A stretch of DNA of 64,000 nt from Pseudomonadota bacterium (GTDB lineage Bacteria > Pseudomonadota > Alphaproteobacteria > Acetobacterales > Acetobacteraceae). The notes under the pieces are model-generated. The model was not told the origin of the DNA, did no database searches, and saw only the letters and a list, made by a program, of their open reading frames with translations. The stretch is from NCBI GenBank assembly GCA_021816925.1, contig JAKAWQ010000009.1, positions 2,364 to 66,363 of the forward strand, given 5' to 3'. Position numbers and translations under genes: made by a program. Numbering within the stretch: the stretch's first letter is position 1; each line of letters starts with the position of its first letter. Shown piece after piece: positions 10,733-22,161 of this stretch.

Positions 10733-11542
10733 TCAGCCCTTCACCGCACCCGCCGTCAGCCCGCTCACCAGGAATCGCCGCACCGCGAGCGAGAACACCA
10801 GCACCGGCAGCATCACCATCACGCCGCCGGCGGCGATCCGCCCCCACTGCCAGCCGACGTAGTTCATGAAGTTCACCACTGCTACCGGCGCGGTCATCGC
10901 ACGCGTCCGCGTCAGGATCAGCGCGAAGAAGAAATCGTTCCAGGAGAAAACGAAGCAGAGGATGGCCGTCGCCGCCAGTCCCGGCGCCGCGCTCGGCAGC
11001 ACCACCCGAACCAGCGCCTGCCAGAACCCCGCCCCGTCGATCCACGCCGCTTCCTCGAGCGCCCGTGGCGCCGTCTCGAAGAACGGCCGCATCAGCCACA
11101 CCACGAGCGAAAGATCGAACGTGAGATAGATGATGATGAGCCCGATCCGGGTATCGAGCAGCCCGAGATGCCGGTAGGCCAGAAAATACGGGATCGCGAA
11201 GGCGGTCGGCGGCGCGAGCCGGCTCGCCACGATCCAGAGGCTGAGCGCGTCCGACCGCCGCCGCATCCTGGCGAGCGCATAGGCCGCCGGCACGCCGAGC
11301 AGCATCGCCAGCACCGTCGAGGCAGTGCTGGTCACCGCGCTGTTCATGAACGAGCGCGTGAATTCCCCTTCCCACAACGCAGCGTAATTGGCGCCCGTCG
11401 GCCGGAACCAGAGATGCGGCGGGAATGCGAAGATCTGTGCGTTGGTCTGGAAGGACATCCTGACTAGCCACAGGAACGGCGCGAGCACGAGGAGCGAAAG
11501 TCCGATCGCAAGCGCGTAGAGGATCGCCTTGTTCGCCCTCAT
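10733..11542 (-). CDS. carbohydrate ABC transporter permease
   Basis: The track ORF (to 12388) is over-extended. The true start is the ATG at 11542, which overlaps the upstream stop as ATGA. The product (MRANKAILYALAIGL...) has an EAA-loop region (EAAWIDGAGFWQALVRVVLP). Confidence 0.9.
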   Translation of the reverse strand: MRANKAILYALAIGLSLLVLAPFLWLVRMSFQTNAQIFAFPPHLWFRPTGANYAALWEGEFTRSFMNSAVTSTASTVLAMLLGVPAAYALARMRRRSDALSLWIVASRLAPPTAFAIPYFLAYRHLGLLDTRIGLIIIYLTFDLSLVVWLMRPFFETAPRALEEAAWIDGAGFWQALVRVVLPSAAPGLAATAILCFVFSWNDFFFALILTRTRAMTAPVAVVNFMNYVGWQWGRIAAGGVMVMLPVLVFSLAVRRFLVSGLTAGAVKG

Positions 11543-12471
11543 TCGTCCGCTCCCCAACCCGTCAAGCGCACGATCAGCCAGCTCAGCGCCAGGCTGACCG
11601 TTACCAACACCACCGTGATAGCGCTCGCATACCCCACATAGGAAAAATTGAAGGCCTGCTCGAACGCATAGTAGTTCGTCACCTCCGTGACCGATCCCGG
11701 CCCACCGTCGGTCAAAAGATAGATCAGCGGAAATGCCTTGATGCTGTCGATCAGCCGAAAGAGGCCCGCCACCATCAGCGTGCCGCGGACATAAGGAAGC
11801 ACCACGTAAAGCGTCGCCTGCCAGATCCTCGCCCCGTCCACCCTCGCCGCGTCCAGGATCTCCTCCGGCACCGTCTGCAGTGCCGCCAGCACCATCAGCA
11901 TGGTCAGTGGAAACCACTCCCACGTGTCCGCCAGGATGATCGAAGGGAGCGCCCAGGTGGCACTCGTGATCGGCGTCGCCACCTTCCAGCCGAGCGCCTT
12001 GAACGCCCAGAAAGCCGGGCTGATGTCCGGCGTATAGAGCACCTTCCAGATGATCCCGACGACGATCGGCGGCAGCACCATCGGCACCAGGAAGAGGGTC
12101 CGCAGCGCCTTCAGCATCCCCGAGCGCAGGTTGAGGAGGAGCGCAAATCCGATCCCGATCAGCATCTGCAGCCCGACCGTCCAGAAGGAGAGCTTGGCCT
12201 GCACCCAGAGCGAATTGCCGAACCGCCCGTCCGAGAGCATCAGCCGGTAATTCAGAAGCGGCCGTGAGAAATTCCACGCCGTTGCCGGGTTCGTCGGATC
12301 GAGTGGCGTGAAGCTCGTCGCCACCAGATAAAGGATCGGCAGCAGCGTCACCGCCATCAGCACGCCGAGCGTGGGCGCCAGGCACCATACCAGGAACCGC
12401 CGTCGCTGCCGTGCCAGCCGCTCACGTTTCGCCGCGCGCGGGCGCGCCGCCGCCGCGACGGCGAGACTCAT
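11539..12471 (-). CDS. sugar ABC transporter permease
   Basis: 310 aa, multi-TM, with the binding-protein-dependent transport motif (...LDAARVDGARIWQATLYVVLP...). It overlaps both neighbouring genes by 4 nt. Confidence 0.9.
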   Translation of the reverse strand: MSLAVAAAARPRAAKRERLARQRRRFLVWCLAPTLGVLMAVTLLPILYLVATSFTPLDPTNPATAWNFSRPLLNYRLMLSDGRFGNSLWVQAKLSFWTVGLQMLIGIGFALLLNLRSGMLKALRTLFLVPMVLPPIVVGIIWKVLYTPDISPAFWAFKALGWKVATPITSATWALPSIILADTWEWFPLTMLMVLAALQTVPEEILDAARVDGARIWQATLYVVLPYVRGTLMVAGLFRLIDSIKAFPLIYLLTDGGPGSVTEVTNYYAFEQAFNFSYVGYASAITVVLVTVSLALSWLIVRLTGWGADE

Positions 12472-13814
12472 CGCCCGATCTTGTAGCCGCCCATGCGGAT
12501 CGCCTCGATGGCCTGCGCCTCGGCCTCCTTCATCGCCACCGGCGCCGTCTGCTGCCCGGTCGCGATCGCATCGATCGCACGGTTGATCTTGTCGCCCACC
12601 GCCGGGAACACGGGCACCGTCCGGTAGCGCATGTAGGCCCCGTCACCAAGCTGGTCCAGCACCTTGAGATAGAGCGCCGCCACGTCCTGCCCGTTCAGCG
12701 TCAGCGTCTCCTTGAAGACCTCGCTCTCGATCACCGAGCGGCGGCACACGCTCGGATAGCCGTGCTCCTTGACCACCCTGAGCAGCATCTCCTTCGATAG
12801 TGCCCATTTGATGAACTCCCAGGCCGCGCCCTTCTTCTTCGAGCCCTTGGGAATGCCGAAACCATGGCAGGCCACGCCCGGAAAATCCCCCGCCGGTCCG
12901 CCCGGCACCATGCCGTAGCGCACCGTCTTCGCAACCGTGCTGCTCGGATCCTTGGCGAGCGGCAGGCCCCAGGTGATGGAGTTGGTGCGCATGTTGGCTC
13001 GGCCGGAGAGCTGCGAGTGCAGTGCCTGGTCGTCGGTGAACGACAGCACGCCCGGAGGCCCGTATGTCTTCAGCAAACCCGCATACCACGCTGCGGACGC
13101 GACCGCAGGCGGTGTGTCGAGCAGCGGCATCAGGTCCTTCGGCGCGTCGCGGAACACGCGCCCGCCGCTGGCCTCGAGGTAGGGCGGCCAGTTCCAGTGG
13201 TGCAGCTTGTCTGCGGTCCAGGCGGCAACGCCCGCCTTGCCGTGCACAGCCGCGCACACCTTGAGCACCTCGTCCATCGTCGTCGGCAACGCAAGCCCGG
13301 CACGATCGATCAGGTCGGCCCGCCCCGCATAAAGCAGCATCGCACCCGCCTCGACGCCGTAGGCATAGGTATGGCCCTTCGCGTCGCGCATCGAGGCTTC
13401 GACGCCGGGAACGAAGTCCACCGGGTCCCACGAAGCCGGCGTCACGTTCGGATCCTTGGTGAATTCGTCGAGGTCCGTGACCCACCCGGCGCCGATCCAC
13501 TTTCCCTGATAAATGAAGGTGACGATGATGACGTCATAGCTCGAGCCGCCTGTGGAAAGCTCGAGATCCATCCTCTGGTTATAGATCGGGAAGGCTTCGA
13601 TATCGAACGCGACCTTGATCCCGGTTTCCTTCTCGAACTCCGGGAAGTAGGTGCTGAGATACTGGTGGAACGGCAGCGAGAACGCCGCCCCCCGGATCGT
13701 CGTTCCGGCGTATTTCGACGTCGCCTTGCCGAGCACCGCCGGTGCCGGCAGGAGCGCCGCCCCACCGGCAACGCCCGCAAGCATCCGCCGCCGCGTCACG
13801 CTCAGTCTTTGCAT
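12468..13814 (-). CDS. ABC transporter extracellular solute-binding protein (sugar type) with a Tat-like signal
   Basis: An internal ATG at 13814 is preceded by GGGAGGA. The N-terminus MQRLSVTRRRMLAGVAGGAALLPAPAVLG is a twin-arginine signal. Confidence 0.9.
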   Translation of the reverse strand: MQRLSVTRRRMLAGVAGGAALLPAPAVLGKATSKYAGTTIRGAAFSLPFHQYLSTYFPEFEKETGIKVAFDIEAFPIYNQRMDLELSTGGSSYDVIIVTFIYQGKWIGAGWVTDLDEFTKDPNVTPASWDPVDFVPGVEASMRDAKGHTYAYGVEAGAMLLYAGRADLIDRAGLALPTTMDEVLKVCAAVHGKAGVAAWTADKLHHWNWPPYLEASGGRVFRDAPKDLMPLLDTPPAVASAAWYAGLLKTYGPPGVLSFTDDQALHSQLSGRANMRTNSITWGLPLAKDPSSTVAKTVRYGMVPGGPAGDFPGVACHGFGIPKGSKKKGAAWEFIKWALSKEMLLRVVKEHGYPSVCRRSVIESEVFKETLTLNGQDVAALYLKVLDQLGDGAYMRYRTVPVFPAVGDKINRAIDAIATGQQTAPVAMKEAEAQAIEAIRMGGYKIGR

Positions 13815-14324
13815 TCCGTTATCCTCCCGCTTCGGGTTTTCACCCCTTGCGCGCCGCAACGCGCACGCACGCGCGCTCATTCGTTCCATTGACTGCGCCG
13901 ATCTGTCAACGCTTTCATCCTACGCCGTTGCGCCACCCAGCCAACCCACCCGGCCTTACCGTACGCGCCGGCCACGGCCGGCCCGATGCCGGGGCTTCAC
14001 GTCATCGCCAGCCTTTCCGACATTTGCCGGAAGACGTGCGCAGCGATGATCGACACTCCGCCAAGAGTCTGGCATCCTCTTCTGCAACTTCACCGTTGCG
14101 AGGCCAAGAGATTGGCGGTTGGCATGCCCTTCGAACGGGCGGAGAGACCGCGCAGAGGAGCCCGGGAGCATAGACATTGTGGCGCTCCAGCGCCGGAAAC
14201 CGGTCGCACGAATGCCACCGTTCGCGGAGATCATCCGGTTATTCTTAGCGGTCCCTCAATGACGAGCCCACGGCTCCGGATCTGGCCGGCGGCGGCGACA
14301 CGCATCGCCGTCCTCTCCGACTGA

Positions 14325-15065
14325 TTGCCCTTCACCATGCTCACCCGCCGCCGCGTGCTGATCGCCCTCGAGGCTCTCTTCAACTTCGTGCTGCCCTGGG
14401 CTTGCTACCGCCTCACCAAACCGCATTTCGGCGAAGTGCACGCGATCATGGCCTCCGCCGCCCCGCCGATCGCCTGGAGCCTCGCCGAATTTGCGCGCAT
14501 CCGCCGGATCGACGCGCTTTCCCTCCTCGTGCTCGGCGGCATCGCGCTCTCTCTCCTCGGCTTCGCCTTCGGCGGTTCACCCAAGCTCCTCCTGATGCGT
14601 GAATCCCTTGTCACCGGCCTGATCGGCGCCCTCTTCATCGGCTCGACCGCCATCGGCAAGCCGCTCCTCTCCGTGCTCGCCGCCGCGAGCCTCTCCCGCC
14701 GCTCCGAGGCCGAACGCAACGCCTTCGACGTGCACCGCGAAAAGCCCAGGTTTCGCCGGGTGCTCGCCGTCATCACGCTCGTCTGGGGCTTCGGCCTCGT
14801 CGTCGAAACGGGACTGCGCGCCATCCTCGCCTTCACGCTCCCGGTCGGCCGCTTCCTGATCGTGAGTCCGATCATCGGCTACGCGACAATCGGCCTCCTC
14901 ATCCTCTGGGCCTTCCTCTACGGCCGCCGCGCCGGCCATGAAGGCGACCCAATTCGCGCGCCGTCCCTGACGCGCGACTCCCCTCGGCCCGACCCGCGCG
15001 CCGTTGTATCCATCCGGCCGCCCAAGGAGGATTCGCGCGCATGCCGCACCGACCGCACGGAATGA
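14325..15065 (+). CDS. hypothetical integral membrane protein
   Basis: 246 aa with several hydrophobic helices (e.g. LSLLVLGGIALSLLGFAF, VITLVWGFGLVVETGL, IIGYATIGLLILWAFLY). I could not assign a family with confidence. Confidence 0.65.
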   Translation: MPFTMLTRRRVLIALEALFNFVLPWACYRLTKPHFGEVHAIMASAAPPIAWSLAEFARIRRIDALSLLVLGGIALSLLGFAFGGSPKLLLMRESLVTGLIGALFIGSTAIGKPLLSVLAAASLSRRSEAERNAFDVHREKPRFRRVLAVITLVWGFGLVVETGLRAILAFTLPVGRFLIVSPIIGYATIGLLILWAFLYGRRAGHEGDPIRAPSLTRDSPRPDPRAVVSIRPPKEDSRACRTDRTE

Positions 15066-15098
15066 AAGCACGGGCGTGCACCCGCGCGTCGCGCTGAC

Positions 15099-16484
15099 AT
15101 GCCCGATCCCGACATTCTCATCGCCGGCGGCGGCAATGCCGCGCTCTGCGCGGCGATCGCCGCGCGCCGCGCCGGCGCCTCCGTGCTCGTGCTCGAAGCG
15201 GCGCCCCGCTTCTACCGCGGCGGCAACTCGCGGCACACGCGCAACATGCGCCTTGCACACGATACCGCGACCGAGAACCTGACCGGCCCCTACACCGAGG
15301 ACGAGTTCTGGGATGACCTGCTGCTCGTTACCGGCGGCCAAACCGACGAAAATCTCACTCGCCTCATGATCGGGGAATCAAAGGACATGCTCGGCTGGAT
15401 CGCCGAGCAAGGCGTGCGCTTCCAGCCCTCTCTCGGCGGCACGCTTAGCCTCGGCCGCACCAACTCCTTCTTTCTCGGCGGCGGACGGGCAATGCTGAAT
15501 ACGCTCTACCGAACGGCCGAGACGCTCGGCGTCACCGTCCGATACGATTCTGAGGTTGCCGACCTCGACATCGACGACGGCCGTTTTCAATCGGCAACCA
15601 TCCTCGAACGCGGCGAGCGCCGCAGCATCTCCGCCCAAGCCTTCATCGCCGCCTCGGGCGGCTTCGAAGCCAACATCGAATGGCTGAAAACCGCCTGGGG
15701 CCCGGCCGCCGAGAACTTCCTGATCCGCGGCAGCCCTTACAACCGCGGTACTGTCCTCCGTTGCCTGCTCGACAAGGGCGTGGCCGCGGTCGGCGATCCC
15801 ACGCAATGCCACGCGGTAGCCATCGACGCCCGTGCCCCGAAATTCGACGGCGGCATCATCACCCGGCTCGACTGCGTCGTTTTCGGTATCGTCGTCAACA
15901 AGTTCGGAAAGCGCTTCCACGACGAAGGCGAGGATGTCTGGCCGAAGCGTTACGCGATCTGGGGCCGCCTCGTTGCCGCCCAACCCGACCAGATCGCCCA
16001 CATCATTTTCGACGCGCCCTCGCTCACCCTCTTCATGCCCTCGCTCTACCCGCCGATCACCGCGCCCACCATCCGCGAGCTCGCTCCCAAGCTCGATCTC
16101 AATCCCGATGCGCTCGAACGCACCCTCACCGCCTTCAATCATGCCGTCCGCCCCGGCCATTTCGATCCGACAACGCTCGATGACTGCGCGACGGTCGGCC
16201 TCGCGCCTCGCAAATCCCACTGGGCATGCCGAATCGAAACGCCACCCTTCTACGCCTATCCGGTCCGCCCCGGCATCACCTTCACCTATCTCGGCACGCG
16301 CGTGAACCGCGAGACGCGCCTCATCATGCAGAGTGGCCGCCCTTCATCCAACATGTTCGCCGCCGGCGAGATCATGGCCGGCAACGTGCTCGGCCGCGGC
16401 TATGCCGCCGGCGTCGGCATGACCATCGGCAGCGTGTTCGGACGCATCGCCGGAACGGAGGCAGCCCGCCATGCACGCGACTGA
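15099..16484 (+). CDS. tcuA: FAD-dependent tricarballylate dehydrogenase
   Basis: 461 aa. It has an N-terminal FAD motif (ILIAGGGNAALCAAIAARRAGASVLVLE) followed by ...FYRGGNSRHTRNMR..., typical of TcuA. It is followed by a tcuB that overlaps it by 14 nt. Confidence 0.88.
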   Translation: MPDPDILIAGGGNAALCAAIAARRAGASVLVLEAAPRFYRGGNSRHTRNMRLAHDTATENLTGPYTEDEFWDDLLLVTGGQTDENLTRLMIGESKDMLGWIAEQGVRFQPSLGGTLSLGRTNSFFLGGGRAMLNTLYRTAETLGVTVRYDSEVADLDIDDGRFQSATILERGERRSISAQAFIAASGGFEANIEWLKTAWGPAAENFLIRGSPYNRGTVLRCLLDKGVAAVGDPTQCHAVAIDARAPKFDGGIITRLDCVVFGIVVNKFGKRFHDEGEDVWPKRYAIWGRLVAAQPDQIAHIIFDAPSLTLFMPSLYPPITAPTIRELAPKLDLNPDALERTLTAFNHAVRPGHFDPTTLDDCATVGLAPRKSHWACRIETPPFYAYPVRPGITFTYLGTRVNRETRLIMQSGRPSSNMFAAGEIMAGNVLGRGYAAGVGMTIGSVFGRIAGTEAARHARD

Positions 16485-17586
16485 GGCGCTCGCCGAGGCC
16501 GGCCGGCTGATGACCGTCTGCAACTCCTGCCGCTATTGCGAAGGCCTCTGCGCCGTCTTCCCGGCGATGGAGATGCGCCGTGCCTTCCCCGACGGCGATC
16601 TCGCTTATCTCGCCAATCTCTGCCACAACTGCGGCGCCTGCTACTATGACTGCCAGTTCGCCCCGCCGCACGAGTTCAACGTCAACGTGCCCGTCGTGCT
16701 CGCAAAGGTGCGCGCCGAATCCTACGCCCGCAACGCCTGGCCGGGCTTCTTTTCCCCGCTCTTTGCCCGGAACGCCCGCGCCACTTCTCTTGTGGCCGTC
16801 GTTTCGCTCGCCCTCTTCCTCGCCGGTTTCGCGATCGTCGATGCGCAGGGCCTCCTTCTCGTGCACACCTGCCCGGGTGCCTTCTATGTGCTGATGTCCC
16901 ACACCGCGATGGTGCTCGTCTTCGGCTTGGCCTTTCTTGCCGCGCTTGCGGCGCTCGGCGCGGGGCTGGCCAATTTCTGGCGCGGCATCTCCGAACCCTT
17001 GGCGACGCTCACCTCGCCCGCCTTCTTCGCCGAGGCCGCGCGCGACGCCGTGCGACTCCGCTATCTCGACGGCGGCGGCATCGGCTGCATGAACGAAGAC
17101 GAGCGGCCCACCGATCGCCGCGCGCTCTTCCACCATCTCACGTTCTGGGGCTTCATGCTTTGCTTTGCCGCGACCTGCGTCGGCACCTTCTATCATTACG
17201 TTCTTGGACGCGCGGCGCCCTATCCCTGGTGGGATCTCCCGGTTGTGCTCGGCACCGCGGGCGGGCTCGGCCTCCTTGCCGGCACCTCGGGCCTCCTGCA
17301 CGCGAAATTCCGCCGCGACCCCACGCTCCGCGATCCGGAAAATCTCGGCATGGACACCGCCTTCACCGCGTCCCTCTTCCTCACTGCACTCTCCGGTCTG
17401 GCCCTCCTCCTCTTCCGCGCCACGCCCGCCATGGGCATCTTGCTCGCGCTCCATCTCGGGATCGTGCTTGCGCTTTTCCTCACGCTGCCGTACGGAAAAT
17501 TCGTCCACGGCCTCTACCGGTTCGCCGCTCTCGTCCGCTACGCACGCGAACGCCGCGCGCTTGCCGCCGCGGCCGCCGAACCCTGA
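16471..17586 (+). CDS. tcuB: tricarballylate utilization 4Fe-4S membrane protein
   Basis: 371 aa. It has two ferredoxin-type Cys clusters (CNSCRYCEGLC, CHNCGACYYDC) followed by multiple TM helices, which is the TcuB architecture. Confidence 0.88.
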   Translation: MHATEALAEAGRLMTVCNSCRYCEGLCAVFPAMEMRRAFPDGDLAYLANLCHNCGACYYDCQFAPPHEFNVNVPVVLAKVRAESYARNAWPGFFSPLFARNARATSLVAVVSLALFLAGFAIVDAQGLLLVHTCPGAFYVLMSHTAMVLVFGLAFLAALAALGAGLANFWRGISEPLATLTSPAFFAEAARDAVRLRYLDGGGIGCMNEDERPTDRRALFHHLTFWGFMLCFAATCVGTFYHYVLGRAAPYPWWDLPVVLGTAGGLGLLAGTSGLLHAKFRRDPTLRDPENLGMDTAFTASLFLTALSGLALLLFRATPAMGILLALHLGIVLALFLTLPYGKFVHGLYRFAALVRYARERRALAAAAAEP

Positions 17587-17768
17587 AAGGTCCGCCATGC
17601 AGCTGACCGGACTCCTCCACAGCGCCAAGCTTCCCCGCCACGTCGAGTTCCCCGTCACCGAGGTGCTCGGCGACAGCGCCATCATTTCCTCCGATTTCGG
17701 CGGCACCCGGCCTTACGAAAAAATGAAGGAGGTCGCGCGCATCTGCTTCAAACACTGGCTCGCCCAAC

Positions 17769-18150
17769 CTACTGCCGCGTCAGCTGCCAGGCCGCTGCGG
17801 CGCCGACCGCCAGCACCGGCACGAAGCTTGCGAACACCCAGAACCCAGCGGCCTCGGCCGTGGCGCGGCCGATCCCCTCGCCAAGACCGACCGCATTCGC
17901 TGCGATCCCGCTCGCCGAGGAACCGAGCGCATACCCGATCCGCTGCATCGATGATCCAGTTTATGAACGCAACGCCGCCGATCTCTTTGACCGCCGCCCG
18001 CATCGTCGTTGCGGCAAGGAAAAAATCGGCCGCATGCAACCATACGCCGAGACAAAGCACCGTAAACGGCACCAGCCGGCCCGTTGCTGCGATTTCACGC
18101 CATTCTCGGCTGGGCTTGGGCACGACGTTCCCCTTCGTTCCTCTTGGCAC
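17769..18150 (-). pseudogene. MFS transporter remnant (N-terminal piece joined out of frame to a C-terminal piece)
   Basis: The frame of ORF 17713..18150 gives an MFS-like TM1-2 region (...LVPFTVLCLGVWLHAADFFLAATTMRAAVKEIGGVAFINW...) and then degenerates. A different frame downstream reads YALGSSASGIAANAVGLGEGIGRATAEAAGFWVFASFVPVLAVGAAAAWQLTRQ*, with its stop at 17769-17771. Confidence 0.5.
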
Positions 18151-18215
18151 CGCCGGGCGCGAGCCTGCGGTCGCGGAACTCCTTCACCTCGGTCGGTATG
18201 GCAACCGTGCGCCCT

Positions 18216-19221
18216 TCAGCGCGGCAGGCCCAGTGCAAGCTCCTCTCGGATGCAGGCCGAGAAATGCCCGGGCCTGACCTCGCGCAACATTGGCACGGCC
18301 TCGGCGCAGGCCGCCTGCGCATAACGGCAGCGCGAGCGGAACGCACAGCCGGACGGCGGATCGGTCGGGCTCGGCAGGTCGCCTTGCAGCAGAATCCGTG
18401 CCCCTCGCCGCGCCGGATCCGGAACCGGCGCCGCGGCCAGCAGCGCCTCCGTGTAGGGGTGCCTCGGCGTGCCGAACAGCGCCGCCGCCGGTGCCAGCTC
18501 CACCAGCCGGCCGAGATACATCACCGCAATCCGATCCGAGATATGCGCGACCACCGCCAAATCGTGCGTGATGAACAGCATGGCGAGACCGAGCCGCTCG
18601 CGCAGCTCGAGCAGCAGGTTTACTACCTGCGCCTGAATGGAAACGTCGAGCGCCGAGACAGGCTCATCAGCAACCAGGAAATCGGGCCGCAGCATCAGCG
18701 CCCGTGCGATCCCCACCCTCTGGCGCTGCCCGCCCGAGAACTCGTGCGGGTAACGTGCCGCATGACCGGGCGAGAGCCCGACCAGCGCCAGCGCTTCGGC
18801 AACGCGCGCTTCCCGTTCGCGGCCGGAGAGTTCCGGCCGGTGGATGATCAGGGGTGCCGCCAGGATTCGCCCTATCGTCATGCGCGGATTGAGCGAGGCG
18901 AAAGGATCCTGGAACACAAGCTGCATTTTCTGGCGGATCGGACGCAAGGCCCGGCGCGAAAGATGCGTGATCTCGCGCCCCGCGAAGCGGATTGATCCCC
19001 CGCTCGGCTCGGTCAGACGCAGCACCGTGCGCCCGAGGGTGGTCTTGCCCGAACCCGATTCTCCGACCAGCCCCAGCACCTCGCCGGCGCGCATGCGAAA
19101 CGACACGTCATCCACCGCCTTCAACGTTTCGCCAAGACGCGCGAACGGCCCGCTGCCCAGCGGAAACCATTTGCGGAGCCCCTCGACCTCGAGCAGGGCG
19201 GTCCCGGGCGGTGTCATCCCT

Positions 19222-19241
<20 letters not shown>
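18216..19241 (-). CDS. di/oligopeptide ABC transporter ATP-binding protein (DppF/OppF-like)
   Basis: It has a Walker A motif (GESGSGKTT), a signature motif (FSGGQRQR), a Walker B motif and the C-terminal oligopeptide-ATPase Cys motif. The start may instead be the ATG at 19217 ([14 protein letters not shown]). Confidence 0.9.
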
Positions 19242-20243
<1,002 letters not shown>

Positions 20244-20247
<4 letters not shown>

Positions 20248-21128
20248 GACCGCTCGAGCCTGGGGTCGAGTGCGTCGCGCAGCCCGTCGCCCACGAAATT
20301 GAAGCCGCTTACCGCAAGCGCGATCATCACGCCCGGGAAGATCGCAAGCCACGGCGCGGTTACGAGATATTCCTGCGCGTTGTTCAGCATGTTCCCCCAG
20401 CTCGGCGTCGGCGGCTGGATGCCGTAGCCGAGAAAGCTCACATAGGCCTCGAGCAGGATCGCGCGCGCCACGTTGAGCGTTGCCGCAACCACGATCGGCG
20501 CCACGGCGTTGGGCAGGAGCTCGCGAAAGATGATGTGGAAATCCGAGGCGCCGAGCACCTCGGCGGCCAGCGCGAAGTCGCGCTCGCGCAGGCTCTTCAT
20601 CTCCGCCTCGACCACACGCGCGACCTCCATCCAGGCGGTGGCGGCGATCACGAGCGTGATCGAGGCAAGCGTCGGCGTGATAAACGCCGCGAGCGCGAGG
20701 AGGAGAAAAATCTGCGGAAAACAGAGCACCGCATCGACGAAGCGCATCAGCGCCGCGCCCACCGAGCCGCCGAAATAGCCAGCGACCGCCCCGATGAGCG
20801 TCCCCGCCGCCGTGCTGATCAGCATGGCCGCGAACCCGATGGTCAGCGAAACCCGCCCCGCCATCAGGAGCCGCACCAGAAGATCGCGTCCAAGCTGGTC
20901 CGTGCCGAAAAGATGCGGGCCGAGGAACGGCGCGCTGAAGCGCACGCCGAGATCGATGTGCAACGGCCCGTACGGCACCAGATAAGGGCCGAGCCCGCAG
21001 GCTAGCACCAGCAGAAGAACCATCGCGAGGCCGCCGAGCGCCAGCCGATGGCGGCAGAAGCGCCTGAGCGCCCGCTGCCCAGGCCCGGTGCCCGGCGCCG
21101 CTTCGGCGATCCCCGCGGCCGCACTCAT
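20244..21128 (-). CDS. peptide ABC transporter permease (DppC-like)
   Basis: 294 aa, multi-TM, with a binding-protein-dependent permease fold. It overlaps both neighbours by 4 nt. Confidence 0.9.
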
Positions 21129-22075
21129 CGGAGCCGAATGCGCGGATCGGCCACGGCGTAGAGAATGTCCGCGACGAGGTTGCTCCCGATCACCATCAGC
21201 GCCGACAGCATCAGGATCCCCATCACCACCGGATAGTCGCGATAGCCGATCGAATCGAGGAAGAGCCTTCCCATTCCAGGCCAGGTGAACACCGTCTCAG
21301 TGACGAGCGCGCCACCGAGCAGCGTCGGCAATTGCAGTCCGGCGATCGCGATCATCGGCAAGAGTGCGTTGCGCAAGCTGTGGCGCAGCAACACCACCCG
21401 TTGCGGCAGGCCCTTGGCACGCGCGGTGCGCACGAAATCCTGGTTGATCACGTTCAGCATCGAGGAGCGCATGTAGCGGCTCCAGATCGCAACGGTGACG
21501 AGCCCGAGCACCGTCGCCGGCGCGATCAGGTGCCAGGCATAATTGAGGAACGAGGAATTCCCGGTGGTGTGCAGGTTGCCGGGCGGCAGCCAGCCGAGCA
21601 GAACCGAGAAGATGTAGATCACGACGAGGCCGAACCAGAAGGTCGGGATCGAGAGCGCGATCATCGCGCCGACCGTCGCCAGCGAATCGAAGATCGAATA
21701 GCGGCGCACCGCACCCAAAACACCGATCCAGGTGCCGAGAAGAACCGCGATCAACGTCGAGCTGATCATCAGCTCGAGCGTTGCCGGCAGGCGCGCTCCG
21801 ATCTCCCAGAGCACCGGCTGGTTGTCGCGATAGGAGCGGCCCCAGTTGCCCACTACCATGCGCCGGAACCACTCCCAGTACTGCACCGGCAGCGGCCGAT
21901 CGAGGCCCATCTGGTGGGCGATCCGTTTGAGTTCCGCCGCCGTCATGCCCGGTGTCAGCGTGAATTCCGCCAGCGGCCCGCCTGGCGCCAGATGCAGAAC
22001 GGCGAAGCCGATCACCGAGACGAGCCAGAGCAGCAGCAGGCTCTGGCCGAGGCGGCGCAGCAGAAAACCGGTCAC
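21125..22075 (-). CDS. peptide ABC transporter permease (DppB-like)
   Basis: 316 aa. The N-terminus MTGFLLRRLGQSLLLLWLVSVIGFAVLHLAPGGP is typical of DppB/OppB. It also has the segment ...DFVRTARAKGLPQRVVLLRHSLRNALLP... Confidence 0.9.
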   Translation of the reverse strand: MTGFLLRRLGQSLLLLWLVSVIGFAVLHLAPGGPLAEFTLTPGMTAAELKRIAHQMGLDRPLPVQYWEWFRRMVVGNWGRSYRDNQPVLWEIGARLPATLELMISSTLIAVLLGTWIGVLGAVRRYSIFDSLATVGAMIALSIPTFWFGLVVIYIFSVLLGWLPPGNLHTTGNSSFLNYAWHLIAPATVLGLVTVAIWSRYMRSSMLNVINQDFVRTARAKGLPQRVVLLRHSLRNALLPMIAIAGLQLPTLLGGALVTETVFTWPGMGRLFLDSIGYRDYPVVMGILMLSALMVIGSNLVADILYAVADPRIRLR

Positions 22076-22161
22076 GGGGCCCCGGGCATCCCCGTTCGGA
22101 GAGAAAGCCCGCGCGTCGCGGGAATCATCCGTTCTGGCTCATCGCGCCAAGGCGCCGGCGC

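Noticed and set aside
17597-17770. Possible small plus-strand gene after tcuB (MQLTGLLHSAKLPRHVEFPVTEVLGDSAIISSDFGGTRPYEKMKEVARICFKHW...)
   Set aside because: The ATG lies 10 nt after the tcuB stop and the first roughly 55 codons look protein-like. However, the frame then runs antisense through the MFS remnant to 18277 with a low-complexity product, and I recognise no family. The evidence is too weak to call, and it may be another gene fragment.
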